From positions 9,752-73,751 of the forward strand of contig JAITSS010000001.1 of the NCBI GenBank assembly GCA_031287565.1: 64,000 nt of DNA. The letters are read 5' to 3'. This document shows positions 26,838 to 38,477 of this stretch, piece after piece. Positions within the stretch are counted from its first letter, which is position 1, and each line of letters begins with the position of its first letter. The notes beneath the pieces are model-generated. The model made no database searches. It worked only from the letters and a program-made list of their open reading frames with translations, and had not been told where the DNA came from. The stretch comes from Desulfobulbaceae bacterium (GTDB lineage: Bacteria > Desulfobacterota > Desulfobulbia > Desulfobulbales > Desulfocapsaceae). The translations under genes and the position numbers were made by a program.

Positions 26838-27854
26838 ATGAAGTATGGCGCACCGTTCCTAGCAGTCATTGCCTTGGTGCTGATTGCCTGGCTGGGATCG
26901 CTGATACCCGGAATGCAGTATGTATTCGGGGTGGTGTTTCCCTACCTGGCCATGGCGATGTTCCTGTACGGATTTATCCGTCAAGTCGTGTACTGGGGCA
27001 AATCGCCGGTTCCCTTCTCCATTCAAACCACCTGCGGGCAGGCCAAGTCGCTTGATTTCATCAAACACAACAAGCTGGAAGCGCCGGATACTAACAGCCA
27101 GGTTGTCGCCCGAATGTTGCTTGAGGTGCTGACCTTTCGCTCCCTCTTCCGCAATACGCAGGCGCGGATTTACAGCGGCCCGAAACTGACGCACGAATCC
27201 TCGAAATGGCTGTGGATGTTCGCGTTGCTCTTTCATTATTCCTTCCTGGTCGTTCTGATTCGGCACATGCGCCTCTTCCTCAACCCCTATCCGGTCTGCC
27301 TCGACTGGCTTGAGTTCCTCGACGGCATTTTCCAGATCGGCGCCCCCAATTGGTATATTACTGATATCTGTCTGGTCACTGGTCTTGTTCTTTTGCTTCT
27401 GCGCCGCTTTTGCCAAACCAAAGTGCGCTACATTTCGCTGGCCAACGATTATTTCCCGCTGTTTTTGCTACTGGGCATCGCCATCACCGGCATTCTCATG
27501 CGTTACTGCCTGCGCGGCAATGTCGATGTCGTCGCAATCAAACAACTGGCGGTCGGCCTCGCCACGTTCCAACCGACGATCACCGCCGACATCGCCTCAA
27601 TTTTCTATATTCATCTCTTTCTGGTCTGCGCCTTGCTGGTGTATTTCCCCTACAGCAAGCTGATGCATATGGGCGGCGTGTTTTTCAGCCCAACTCGTAA
27701 TATGCGTAACAACACCCGCGCCGCGCGGCATATCAACCCGTGGAATCCAGACATCAAACCGCATTCCTATGCCGGGTATGAGGATGAGTTCCGCGAATTC
27801 ATGGTCGATGCCGGTATTCCGGTGGAAAAAGAACTCCCCGCCAAGCAGGCATAG
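26838..27854 (+). CDS. dsrM: DsrM, NarI-like dihaem b membrane subunit of the DsrMKJOP complex
   Basis: Polytopic 338-aa protein in the first position of a five-gene dsrMKJOP-ordered cluster. Confidence 0.8.
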   Translation: MKYGAPFLAVIALVLIAWLGSLIPGMQYVFGVVFPYLAMAMFLYGFIRQVVYWGKSPVPFSIQTTCGQAKSLDFIKHNKLEAPDTNSQVVARMLLEVLTFRSLFRNTQARIYSGPKLTHESSKWLWMFALLFHYSFLVVLIRHMRLFLNPYPVCLDWLEFLDGIFQIGAPNWYITDICLVTGLVLLLLRRFCQTKVRYISLANDYFPLFLLLGIAITGILMRYCLRGNVDVVAIKQLAVGLATFQPTITADIASIFYIHLFLVCALLVYFPYSKLMHMGGVFFSPTRNMRNNTRAARHINPWNPDIKPHSYAGYEDEFREFMVDAGIPVEKELPAKQA

Positions 27855-27890
27855 GCGAAATCTTTCAACCAGCGATAAGGACGAAGAGCA

Positions 27891-29516
27891 ATGGCATTGC
27901 CAAAATTGGAAGAATTATCAAGGAGTGTGGCAGAGGATCCGTCCATGGCCACGGGGTCTGTTCCCACCCGTGAATGGATGGATATTCCGGTGGTGTTCAA
28001 ATCGGGGAACTATGCGTATCCCGCGAAGAAAGACAAGGTTGAATACCTGAACAGCCAGAAGGGATTGTCTTTCCCCAACGCCAGGGTCTGGTCGCCTGAA
28101 GAGGACGATTGGAAACTGCCGGAGAATTGGAAGGAAATCATCCTGAATGGCTTGAAAGAGCGGCTGGATAAGTTCCGCTCGCTGAAGATTTTCATGGATT
28201 GCTGTGTGCGTTGCGGCGCCTGCGCCGACAAATGCCACTTTTTCCTGGGTACCGGCGACCCGAAAAACATGCCGGTTCTGCGCGCCGAACTGTTGCGTTC
28301 GGTCTACCGCAACGATTTCACCCTGGCGGGCAAGCTTTTGGGCAAGATGGCTGGTGGTCGGGAAATGACAGTCGGCGTTCTGAAAGAGTGGTTCATGTAC
28401 GCCTATCAGTGTACGGAATGTCGTCGCTGCTCGGTGTTCTGCCCCTACGGCATCGACACCGCCGAAATCACCATGATGCTGCGCGAGTTGCTCCATACGG
28501 TCGGCATCGGCATTAACTGGATTCTGGAGCCGGCGTCCAACTCGAATCGCACCGGCAACCACATGGGTTTGCAGCCGCATACCTTCAAAGATAACGTCGA
28601 ATTTTTGGTCGATGATGTCGAACGGCTGACCGGCCGCCGCCCGAATATCACCTTCAACCGCAAGGGCGCGGAAATTCTGTTCATCACGCCTTCCGCCGAC
28701 GTCTTCGCCGAGCCGGGCCTATATACGGCCATGGGCTATCTGATTCTCTTTGAGGCTTTGGGCCTTGACTACACCTGGTCAACCTACGCCTCCGAAGGTG
28801 GAAACTTCGGTCTGTTCACAAACAACGAGATGATGAAAAAGCTGAACGCCAAGATGTACGCCGAAGCCGAGCGTCTGAAGGTGCGTTACATCATCGGCGG
28901 CGAATGTGGCCACATGTGGCGCGTCCTGCATCAATATATGGACACCATGAACGGCCCGGCTGATTTCCTCGAAGTGCCGAAATCGCCAATCACCGGCACG
29001 GTTTTCAACAATGCCGCCTCGACCAAAATGATTCACATCACCGAGTTCACCGCCGACCTGATTAAAAATGGCAAGCTGAAACTCGATAAGAGCCGCAACA
29101 GTCATATCAAAGCGACCTGGCACGACTCCTGCAACACGGCGCGGGCGATGGGTTTGATGGATGAGCCGCGCTACGTCCTCGACCATGTGGTTGACTGGGT
29201 TGAAATGCCCGAAAACACCATCCGCGAGCAGACCTTCTGCTGCGGTTCTGGAACCGGTCTGAATACCGACGAGATCATGGAACTGCGTATGCGCGCCGGT
29301 CTGCCCCGCGCCAACGCCGTCAAGCATGTTCATGACAAGCATGGCGTCAATATGCTGGCCTGTGTCTGCGCCATTGACCGGGCGACTCTGACTTCACTCA
29401 TGAACTACTGGAATCCGGATGTCCGCGTTTGTGGTTTGAGCGAACTGGTGGGGAACGCCATTGTGCTGGACGGCGAGACCCGCGAGGAACTCGACGACGG
29501 CCTGCGCACGCTTTAA
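27891..29516 (+). CDS. dsrK: DsrK, HdrD-like Fe-S/CCG-domain catalytic subunit
   Basis: 'CVRCGACADKC', 'CTECRRCSVFCP', CCG motif 'FCCGSG'. Confidence 0.85.
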   Translation: MALPKLEELSRSVAEDPSMATGSVPTREWMDIPVVFKSGNYAYPAKKDKVEYLNSQKGLSFPNARVWSPEEDDWKLPENWKEIILNGLKERLDKFRSLKIFMDCCVRCGACADKCHFFLGTGDPKNMPVLRAELLRSVYRNDFTLAGKLLGKMAGGREMTVGVLKEWFMYAYQCTECRRCSVFCPYGIDTAEITMMLRELLHTVGIGINWILEPASNSNRTGNHMGLQPHTFKDNVEFLVDDVERLTGRRPNITFNRKGAEILFITPSADVFAEPGLYTAMGYLILFEALGLDYTWSTYASEGGNFGLFTNNEMMKKLNAKMYAEAERLKVRYIIGGECGHMWRVLHQYMDTMNGPADFLEVPKSPITGTVFNNAASTKMIHITEFTADLIKNGKLKLDKSRNSHIKATWHDSCNTARAMGLMDEPRYVLDHVVDWVEMPENTIREQTFCCGSGTGLNTDEIMELRMRAGLPRANAVKHVHDKHGVNMLACVCAIDRATLTSLMNYWNPDVRVCGLSELVGNAIVLDGETREELDDGLRTL

Positions 29517-29544
29517 TCAATCCAGAAACTAAGGAGTCAACTTC

Positions 29545-29943
29545 ATGTATAACAAAGGCTTGATCGTGCCGGGGTTGGTCGTGTTTGTGATCATCGCCAC
29601 CTTCCCCTTTTGGTACAACGGTTTGTCGGCGGGGCCTGTTCCCAAGCCGGAACTACCACCCGGCGGGGAGAAACAGTGCGTGGCGCCAGCGGAAGTCATG
29701 CGCTCGGAGCACATGTCCATGCTGAACGAATGGCGCGACGAGGTGTTGCGCGATGGGCATCGGGTCGCGGTCGTGGCGGACGGCAAGGAATATCGCAAAG
29801 GTCTTCAGACGGCGTGTATGTCATGCCACACCAATAAGGAAAAATTCTGCGATTCCTGCCACAACTATACCGCTGTGCAACCGTATTGCTGGGATTGTCA
29901 TCTGACCCCGGCGAATATTGTCGCCAAGAAGGAGAAGCCATAA
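29545..29943 (+). CDS. dsrJ: DsrJ, membrane-anchored trihaem cytochrome c
   Basis: N-terminal anchor plus three CxxCH motifs: 'CMSCH', 'CDSCH', 'CWDCH'. Confidence 0.85.
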   Translation: MYNKGLIVPGLVVFVIIATFPFWYNGLSAGPVPKPELPPGGEKQCVAPAEVMRSEHMSMLNEWRDEVLRDGHRVAVVADGKEYRKGLQTACMSCHTNKEKFCDSCHNYTAVQPYCWDCHLTPANIVAKKEKP

Positions 29944-30764
29944 TGGATAACAACAGACGTTCATTTCTGAAGATCGCGGGGATTACGGCTTTGGCCGGAA
30001 TCGGCGCTCCGGTGGCGGCCCATCTTTCTTCATCGCCCGCCGCAGCCAGCGCCGAAGCCCATGGCGCGCCGCAGGAGGGGCATGAGGCGGCCCGCGAATC
30101 CGGCAAACGCGACGGCGTGCGTTTGGGCATGGTCATCGACATGCGCAAGTTCTATGGCCATCCGGAGATGCTGGATAAAGTCATCGCCGCCTGCGATAAA
30201 GCGCACAACATTCCTCACATCGGCAATAAAAAAAGCGAAATCAAATGGATATGGAAAGCGCCCTACGCCAACGCTTTTCCTGATCAGTCGGTAGCGCATT
30301 CCTCGAAAACCATTGCCGAAAACGACTTTCTGGTTCTCTGTAACCACTGTGACCAACCTCCGTGCGTCCGCGTCTGCCCAACCAAGGCGACCTTCGTTCT
30401 GGAAGAGAACGGCATCGTCGCCATGGATTACCATCGCTGTATCGGCTGCCGTTTTTGCATGATGGCCTGTCCTTATGGGGCGCGCAGCTTTAACTGGGAA
30501 GATCCGCGGCCCTATATCAGCGAATATAATCCCGATTTCCCGACCCGAATGCGCGGCGTCGTGGAGAAATGCACGTTCTGCGAGGAGCGCCTGGCCCTGG
30601 GTCAGCAGCCGGCCTGCGTTGAGGCGGTTAAGGACTGTGGCGCCATTGTTTTTGGCGATCTGAACAATCCTGAATCGCAGATATGCCAGGTGTTGGCCAA
30701 GGAGAACACGATCCAGCGTTCACCGGCCTATGGAACGAAGCCTTCCGTTTTCTACATCGTGTGA
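29943..30764 (+). CDS. dsrO: DsrO, Tat-exported 4Fe-4S ferredoxin-like subunit
   Basis: Tat signal 'NRRSFLKIAG'. 'CNHCDQPPCVRVCP', 'CIGCRFCMMACPYG', 'CTFCEERL'. TAATG overlap with dsrJ. Confidence 0.85.
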   Translation: MDNNRRSFLKIAGITALAGIGAPVAAHLSSSPAAASAEAHGAPQEGHEAARESGKRDGVRLGMVIDMRKFYGHPEMLDKVIAACDKAHNIPHIGNKKSEIKWIWKAPYANAFPDQSVAHSSKTIAENDFLVLCNHCDQPPCVRVCPTKATFVLEENGIVAMDYHRCIGCRFCMMACPYGARSFNWEDPRPYISEYNPDFPTRMRGVVEKCTFCEERLALGQQPACVEAVKDCGAIVFGDLNNPESQICQVLAKENTIQRSPAYGTKPSVFYIV

Positions 30765-30771
30765 GGGTGTC

Positions 30772-31947
30772 ATGATTGAAAAAGCATTAAAAGGAAACAC
30801 CATCTACTGGGGCTGGCTGGCCTTGTTGCTGGCTCTGATCGCCCTGGGAGCCGCCTGTTATATCCGGCAGTTCAACTTTGGTATGGGCCTGACCGGTATG
30901 GGGCGTGATTTGTCATGGGGATTGTATATTTCTCAGTTCACGTTTCTGGTCGGCGTCGCGGCGGGAGGGTTGATGTTGGTGCTGCCCTTTTATATCCACG
31001 ATTACAAGGTCTTTGGCCGCCTGACCATTTTGGGTGAATTCCTCGCCATTTCGGCCATCGTTATGTGCTTGATGTTCGTCATGGCGGATATTGGCCAGCC
31101 GATTCGCGGTCTGAACATGATCCTGCATCCGACACCCAATTCAATGCTGTTCTGGGATATGGTGGTGTTGCTCGGTTACCTGACCTTAAATGTCATCTGC
31201 GGATGGGTCATCCTCACCGCCGAGAAAAAGGAAATCAAACCGCCGAAATGGGTCTATTTCTTTGTCTATGTCTCGATTCCGTTCGCGGTCTCGATCCATA
31301 CCGTCACCGCCATGCTGTACTGCGGTTTGCCCAGCCGTCATTTCTGGTTATCGGCGATCACCGCGCCGCGCTTTCTCGCTTCGGCCTTCGCCGCTGGCCC
31401 GGCGCTGATTCTGATTTTCTGCGTGATTATGAAGAAGCTGGCGCATTTCGACGCCGGTAAAGAGGCGGTGAATAAACTCATCACCATCATCATGTACGCG
31501 GCGATCATCAACGCCTTCTTCGTTTGCATGGAGTTCTTCGTTGGCTTTTACTCCAACGTGCCAGGGCATCTGCACTCGCTTGAATACCTGTTCTTCGGTC
31601 TGGAGCATGACGGCCATACGTATAACAACCTGGTGCCTGTCATGTGGACATCGGTGGTTATGTGTTTTGCCGGGTTGGCGGTCTTCTCCTACATGAAGCT
31701 GGCGAAAGTGCAGACCGACACCCTGGTGGTGCTGGGTTGCACCCTGACCTTCCTCTCTTTGTTCCTCGACAAAGGTCTGGGATTTGTTCTCGGCGGCTTG
31801 GTGGTTAATCCCTTGAATGAAGTTACTGAATACTATCCAACGTTGAATGAAATCCTCGTCAGCGTCGGCATCTGGGCCACCGGATTTCTCCTGGTGACCT
31901 TGCTCTATAAGATCGCCGTCGCGGTGGAACACGAGGTGGAAGCGTAA
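30772..31947 (+). CDS. dsrP: DsrP, NrfD/PsrC-like integral membrane quinone-interacting subunit
   Basis: Polytopic protein of about 391 aa in the last position of the cluster. ATG 30772 follows the dsrO stop behind GAGGG. Confidence 0.8.
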   Translation: MIEKALKGNTIYWGWLALLLALIALGAACYIRQFNFGMGLTGMGRDLSWGLYISQFTFLVGVAAGGLMLVLPFYIHDYKVFGRLTILGEFLAISAIVMCLMFVMADIGQPIRGLNMILHPTPNSMLFWDMVVLLGYLTLNVICGWVILTAEKKEIKPPKWVYFFVYVSIPFAVSIHTVTAMLYCGLPSRHFWLSAITAPRFLASAFAAGPALILIFCVIMKKLAHFDAGKEAVNKLITIIMYAAIINAFFVCMEFFVGFYSNVPGHLHSLEYLFFGLEHDGHTYNNLVPVMWTSVVMCFAGLAVFSYMKLAKVQTDTLVVLGCTLTFLSLFLDKGLGFVLGGLVVNPLNEVTEYYPTLNEILVSVGIWATGFLLVTLLYKIAVAVEHEVEA

Positions 31948-31973
31948 TCGTTTTTCTCTTTTCTTGTTTTTCC

Positions 31974-32006
31974 AAGGGCTTCCGGCTTATCCGGAAGCCC
32001 TTTTTT
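31974..32006 (+). terminator. Rho-independent terminator after dsrP
   Basis: AAGGGCUUCCGG-CUUAU-CCGGAAGCCCUU (perfect 12-bp stem); its last two U plus four more give UUUUUU. Confidence 0.85.
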
Positions 32007-32122
32007 GTGTTATCTCCACCGACCGGCTTAGGTTGACCCGAACCGCGTTTATCCCACATATAGGTGCTTGCAGCTTCACGGACAACACGATATAGTGGTC
32101 ATCCGTATCTTGAAGTGGAAAA

Positions 32123-32278
32123 ATGGGAATGAGCATGAATAACGAAATTGGCTATGAAATAGACTTCCTCCCCGTCGGGGAAGGCGAGAAAAGCGGCGAC
32201 GCGATAGCATTGCGCTGGGGCAATCTGCTATTGATCCACCACTTAAATCTGATAAATTACGAACAAAGAATTACGTAA
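32123..32278 (+). pseudogene. 5' fragment (about 35 codons of homology) of an MBL-fold-hydrolase-like gene that runs into the inverted repeat and stops
   Basis: 'MNNEIGYEIDFLPVGEGEKSGDAIALRWGNL' looks like the N-terminus of a family of MBL-fold hydrolases (from memory). The frame then reads through 32230-32257 to a TAA. Confidence 0.35.
32230..32257. repeat. Left arm of an imperfect inverted repeat (ATTGATCCACCACTTAAATCTGATAAAT); 22/28 match to the reverse complement of 32301-32328
   Basis: Aligned by eye; the spacer is 43 nt. Confidence 0.7.
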
Positions 32279-32300
32279 AATCAATATTATAGGTCGCGCC

Positions 32301-32328
32301 ATTTTCGATATTTAATTGGTGGAGCAAT
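32301..32328. repeat. Right arm of the inverted repeat; 27/28 direct copy of 2484-2511
   Basis: ATTTTCGATATTTAATTGGTGGAGCAAT versus ATTTTCGAGATTTAATTGGTGGAGCAAT. Confidence 0.85.
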
Positions 32329-32544
32329 AGCCAAACGCTGAAAGAGGCGTTTCTGGCGCTACGCCAGTCAGCCAAAAGCGGCGAATAGTGTTGCAAGATG
32401 TTATCAACCAACAAAATCGCCAAATGAGTTATTGGATAACAGATTGATTTTGTGTGATTATTTTTAGATTGACCGAATTTAATTATCAAGATCAATATTT
32501 TAACAAATACCTTGACAGAGAAAGATTGACAGGAGGGTAAGTAC

Positions 32545-35013
<2,469 letters not shown>

Positions 35014-35016
35014 GCC

Positions 35017-35943
35017 GTGACACTCATGAATTTTTCCGCATCTTCCTCACGGCTCTGGCTTCTTGCCATCCGCCCAAAAACGCTACCGGCGGCGGTCGCG
35101 CCAGTGCTAGTGGGCGGCGCGGTGGCCCTGGATCAAGGCGCATTCCAGCTGTGGACGCTCTTCGTCTGCTTGCTGTTCGCCCTGATCATGCAAATCGGGG
35201 CCAACCTCGCCAACGATTATTTTGACTGGAAGCGCGGCATTGATAGCGGCGAGCGTCTTGGCCCCAAGCGTTTTTGCCAGTCGGGGCTGATCGCGCCGCA
35301 GCGGATGCGGCGGGCGATGCTTTTGTGCTTCAGCGTGGCGGCCCTGCTTTTGCCAATGCTTATCGTTCAGGGCGGCTGGCCGGTTATCGCCATGGGGCTG
35401 GTCGCAATCACGGCGGCTTTGGCCTACAGCGGCGGGCCGTATCCGCTCGCCTCGCACGCTTTGGGAGAATTGGCCGCCTTCGTCTTCTTTGGTCTGATGG
35501 CGGTCGGCGGCAGCGCCTTGATCATCAGCGGCCACTACAGCGGCCTCGCCTTTATCGCCGCCATTCCACCGGGTCTTCTGATCGCGGCGATCATGTTGGT
35601 CAATAATGTCCGCGACCGGGAAACCGACGCCGCAATCGGCAAACGGACACTGGCCGTCGTTTTGGGGCGACGCAAAAGCATTGCGCTCTATCGGGCGCTC
35701 CTCCTTTGCGCCTTTGTCACGCCGCTTGCAATGAGCATCGAGCGCGGGCCATTTCTCTGCCTGCCGCTTCTCTGCCTACCGTCGGCCTGGCGACTATGGC
35801 GCGACATCGAAACCTGGCGAGGGGCGCGGCTCAACGAACTGCTTGCCGCCACCGCGCTACTCACGCTCGCGCACAGCCTGTTCTTGGCAGTCGGAATTAT
35901 TCTTTCGCGTATGACGGGACCCGGTCAATTGGCGAGTTATTGA
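35017..35943 (+). CDS. menA: 1,4-dihydroxy-2-naphthoate polyprenyltransferase (UbiA family)
   Basis: '[14 protein letters not shown]' and '[19 protein letters not shown]'. The start is GTG 35017 or ATG 35026. Confidence 0.8.
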   Translation: MTLMNFSASSSRLWLLAIRPKTLPAAVAPVLVGGAVALDQGAFQLWTLFVCLLFALIMQIGANLANDYFDWKRGIDSGERLGPKRFCQSGLIAPQRMRRAMLLCFSVAALLLPMLIVQGGWPVIAMGLVAITAALAYSGGPYPLASHALGELAAFVFFGLMAVGGSALIISGHYSGLAFIAAIPPGLLIAAIMLVNNVRDRETDAAIGKRTLAVVLGRRKSIALYRALLLCAFVTPLAMSIERGPFLCLPLLCLPSAWRLWRDIETWRGARLNELLAATALLTLAHSLFLAVGIILSRMTGPGQLASY

Positions 35944-36273
35944 ACAATCCGGTTTGACACGATATTGAAGGTAGGTTTTCGGCGCTTCACTCAACCTTCA
36001 CGGCGATAAATGAGGCGAAGTTGAACCACTGGAAGAAGGTCGCCGCCTGGGCGTTGAACACGAAATCGGCGACGGGAACAGGATTGGCGAAGATGAGGTC
36101 GGTGGACGGCCAACGAGCGCCGGGAAAAAAGACTGCGCCGGAAGTTAATGTGTGGTAAATATCAAGTCGTGGTTCCGCAGGCGTCGCCTGCTTCCATTCT
36201 GGCGTCGCATCCGGCGCGTTTCTGTCCCAGTTCCCTCGAAGCGTCGCCCTCCCCTTACGTTCAGGTGTCTCCC

Positions 36274-36750
36274 ATGTTTTCCGAAGGCGATCTGGCCGTG
36301 TACCCGGCCCATGGCGTTGGCGTGATTAAGAAAATAGAAACTCAATCCGTCGGTGGCGCCGACCGAACCTTTTATGTGTTGGAAATCATTGGTAACAAGA
36401 TGCGGATCATGGTGCCAACCACCAGCGCCGTCTGCGGCCTGCGCGCCTTAGTGCCGCAGGATCAGGTCGATGATGTGATGGGCATTCTCGAAGACCGCAC
36501 CGTCGGTCTGGAGGGACTGACCTGGAATCGTCGTTATCGGGAATACATGGAAAAAATCAAGACCGGTTCCCTTTTTGAGGTGGCGGCGGTGCTCCGCGAT
36601 TTGTTCCTGCTCAGCATCGACAAAGACCTGTCGTATGGCGAGAAAAAGATGTTCGATACCGCGAAAAACCTGCTCGTCACCGAATTATCGCTGGTGCAGC
36701 GGGTTGACGAAAGCGCCGTCGCCCAGCGCATTGAGCGGATATTTTCCTGA
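36274..36750 (+). CDS. carD: CarD/CdnL family transcriptional regulator
   Basis: 'FSEGDLAVYPAHGVGVIKKIETQSVGG...FYVLE'. ATG 36274 was chosen instead of the track start at 36148. Confidence 0.85.
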   Translation: MFSEGDLAVYPAHGVGVIKKIETQSVGGADRTFYVLEIIGNKMRIMVPTTSAVCGLRALVPQDQVDDVMGILEDRTVGLEGLTWNRRYREYMEKIKTGSLFEVAAVLRDLFLLSIDKDLSYGEKKMFDTAKNLLVTELSLVQRVDESAVAQRIERIFS

Positions 36751-36767
36751 TTTTCCCCAGCCGCTTT

Positions 36768-37706
36768 ATGCCTTCCGATAGCTCCGGCACTGTTAACCTC
36801 ATCGTCGATACCAACAGCGCCGGTCTGCGGCTCGACCAATTCCTGACCCTTCATATTCCGGATATCTCACGAACGCTTATCGCCGAATCGTTGCGGTCAG
36901 GCGATCTGGTGGTTGACGGCCAGGCGCGGAAATGCGCCTACCGGTTACGCGGCGACGAAAGAATTAGTGGACGGATGCCCGCGTCGCCGCCCTCTTCGCT
37001 GGTCGCCGAAGCAATCCCCTTTACGATTCTTTACGAGGATGATTTCCTCTTGGTGGTGGCCAAACCGCCTGGCTTGGTCGTCCATCCCGGCAACGGCAAC
37101 CAAAGCGGCACCTTGGCGGGTGGTTTGTTGCATTACTGCGCTACTTTGTCGGCGGTCGGCGACGCGCTTCGGCCCGGTCTTGTCCATCGACTCGATAAAG
37201 ACACATCCGGCGCGCTGCTGGTGGCGAAAGATCAGCGCGCCCACCGACTGCTGGTGGCAAAATTTCAGCGCCGTGAAATGCGCAAAGAATATCTGGCGCT
37301 GGCACATGGCACATGTTTGGACAAAAGCGGCCGCATCGAGGCGCCGATTGGCCGTCATCCGGTCAACCGACAAAAAATGGCGGTGGTCGCTAGCGGGCGA
37401 CAGGCCGTCAGTCTGTGGCGGGTTGAAGAAGAATTCGCTGGGTTTACCCTGCTGCGGCTGCAAATAGAGACCGGGCGCACCCACCAAATCCGCGTGCATC
37501 TGGCCCACATCGGCCACCCGGTGGTCGGCGACCAGGTTTATGGCCGTCACCATCAGGCCGAAGGCGAACATTTCCCACGACAGATGCTACACGCCGAACG
37601 CCTGGCCTTCAGTCATCCCATATCGGGACAAGAAATGCTGTTCACCGCGCCTTTGTGGCCGGATTTTCAGGCGGCGCTCGATGATTTGCGCCGAAATCGC
37701 GCCTGA
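36768..37706 (+). CDS. rluD: 23S rRNA pseudouridine synthase, RluA family (RluD-like) with S4 domain
   Basis: 'RLDQFL' S4 domain. Catalytic 'HRLDKDTSGALLVAK'. 'TGRTHQIRVHLA'. Confidence 0.85.
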   Translation: MPSDSSGTVNLIVDTNSAGLRLDQFLTLHIPDISRTLIAESLRSGDLVVDGQARKCAYRLRGDERISGRMPASPPSSLVAEAIPFTILYEDDFLLVVAKPPGLVVHPGNGNQSGTLAGGLLHYCATLSAVGDALRPGLVHRLDKDTSGALLVAKDQRAHRLLVAKFQRREMRKEYLALAHGTCLDKSGRIEAPIGRHPVNRQKMAVVASGRQAVSLWRVEEEFAGFTLLRLQIETGRTHQIRVHLAHIGHPVVGDQVYGRHHQAEGEHFPRQMLHAERLAFSHPISGQEMLFTAPLWPDFQAALDDLRRNRA

Positions 37707-37707
37707 A

Positions 37708-38445
37708 TCAGGGTTTTAGGCCGACGCTCGCCAGGTAGAGCGCGCTTTCTTCACAACCGTCGATGCCGACGATTTCGTTGATCTCATCATCAAAAAACGC
37801 CGCGACCGGGCAGCCACCACCGCGCACAGCGCCAGCGGCGAGCAGCAGATTCTGGCAGATATGTCCAGCATCCAGGAAGATATAGCGCAATCCACGATTG
37901 CCGTATTTCTGAAAATTGCGCCGTAGCACCGCTGTCCAGATGAAATTGACCGCCGCCTGCCGCATGAATTGTTGCCCCAGACAGGCCAAGGCGATGTGCT
38001 CGCCGAAGGCCCCATAGCGTACCCGCTCAAGCTGAAAGTTCCTGACACTAAAATGATATAATCCCGGCGGCACGCCCGCGACTCGCTCAATGGCGCAGTA
38101 GGTTTCCACCGGATACAAGGCGCCCGCCGACGGCGCGGCGCGAAACAAATACTCGCCCGCCCTACCGGTAACACCCTGCGCCGCCCAGAGCATAAAAGCG
38201 AGAGCGGCGAACGGCAAGGGCTGATCAGAAAATTTGCGGATAGACCGTCGTTGCTGCAAAAATGGCTGGATTCTCTCCTCGGTGGGTGACCAAACCGTCG
38301 GCAAGGCAATACTGGGCGCGTCCGGATAACTCTTGAAAACCGGAGCGCCGACGATATTCGGTTTTTTCCAGCTACCGACTGACGCCCGCTCGTGGCGGCT
38401 ACCGCGCAAATACTGAGTGGCCGGCAAATCGGCGAATTCGGGCAT
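37708..38445 (-). CDS. SagB/ThcOx-type nitroreductase-family dehydrogenase (stand-alone)
   Basis: 'RRSIRKF', 'AAPSAGALYPVETY', 'GLYHF'. ATG 38445 follows GGAGG. The longer track ORF would overlap rlmN. Confidence 0.75.
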   Translation of the reverse strand: MPEFADLPATQYLRGSRHERASVGSWKKPNIVGAPVFKSYPDAPSIALPTVWSPTEERIQPFLQQRRSIRKFSDQPLPFAALAFMLWAAQGVTGRAGEYLFRAAPSAGALYPVETYCAIERVAGVPPGLYHFSVRNFQLERVRYGAFGEHIALACLGQQFMRQAAVNFIWTAVLRRNFQKYGNRGLRYIFLDAGHICQNLLLAAGAVRGGGCPVAAFFDDEINEIVGIDGCEESALYLASVGLKP

Positions 38446-38477
38446 GGCGGCCTCCGGCGGAGGATTGGTGATGTTCG

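Noticed and set aside
2512-32300. The idea that the two direct 28-bp repeats delimit a 30-kb genomic island or excisable element.
   Set aside because: The interval contains host-like, GC-normal housekeeping genes (nifUS, thyX, hemA, prc, dsrMKJOP). There is no integrase or recombinase, and only the repeat-adjacent patches are AT-rich.
35987-36273. Start-less open frame on the minus strand in the 330-nt menA-carD gap (…WPSTDLIFANPVPVADFVFNAQAATFFQWFNFASFIAVKVE*).
   Set aside because: It has no ATG, GTG or TTG start within the intergenic part, and the frame runs on into the opposite strand of carD. I recognise no motif. It may be a gene relic, but that cannot be supported from the sequence alone.
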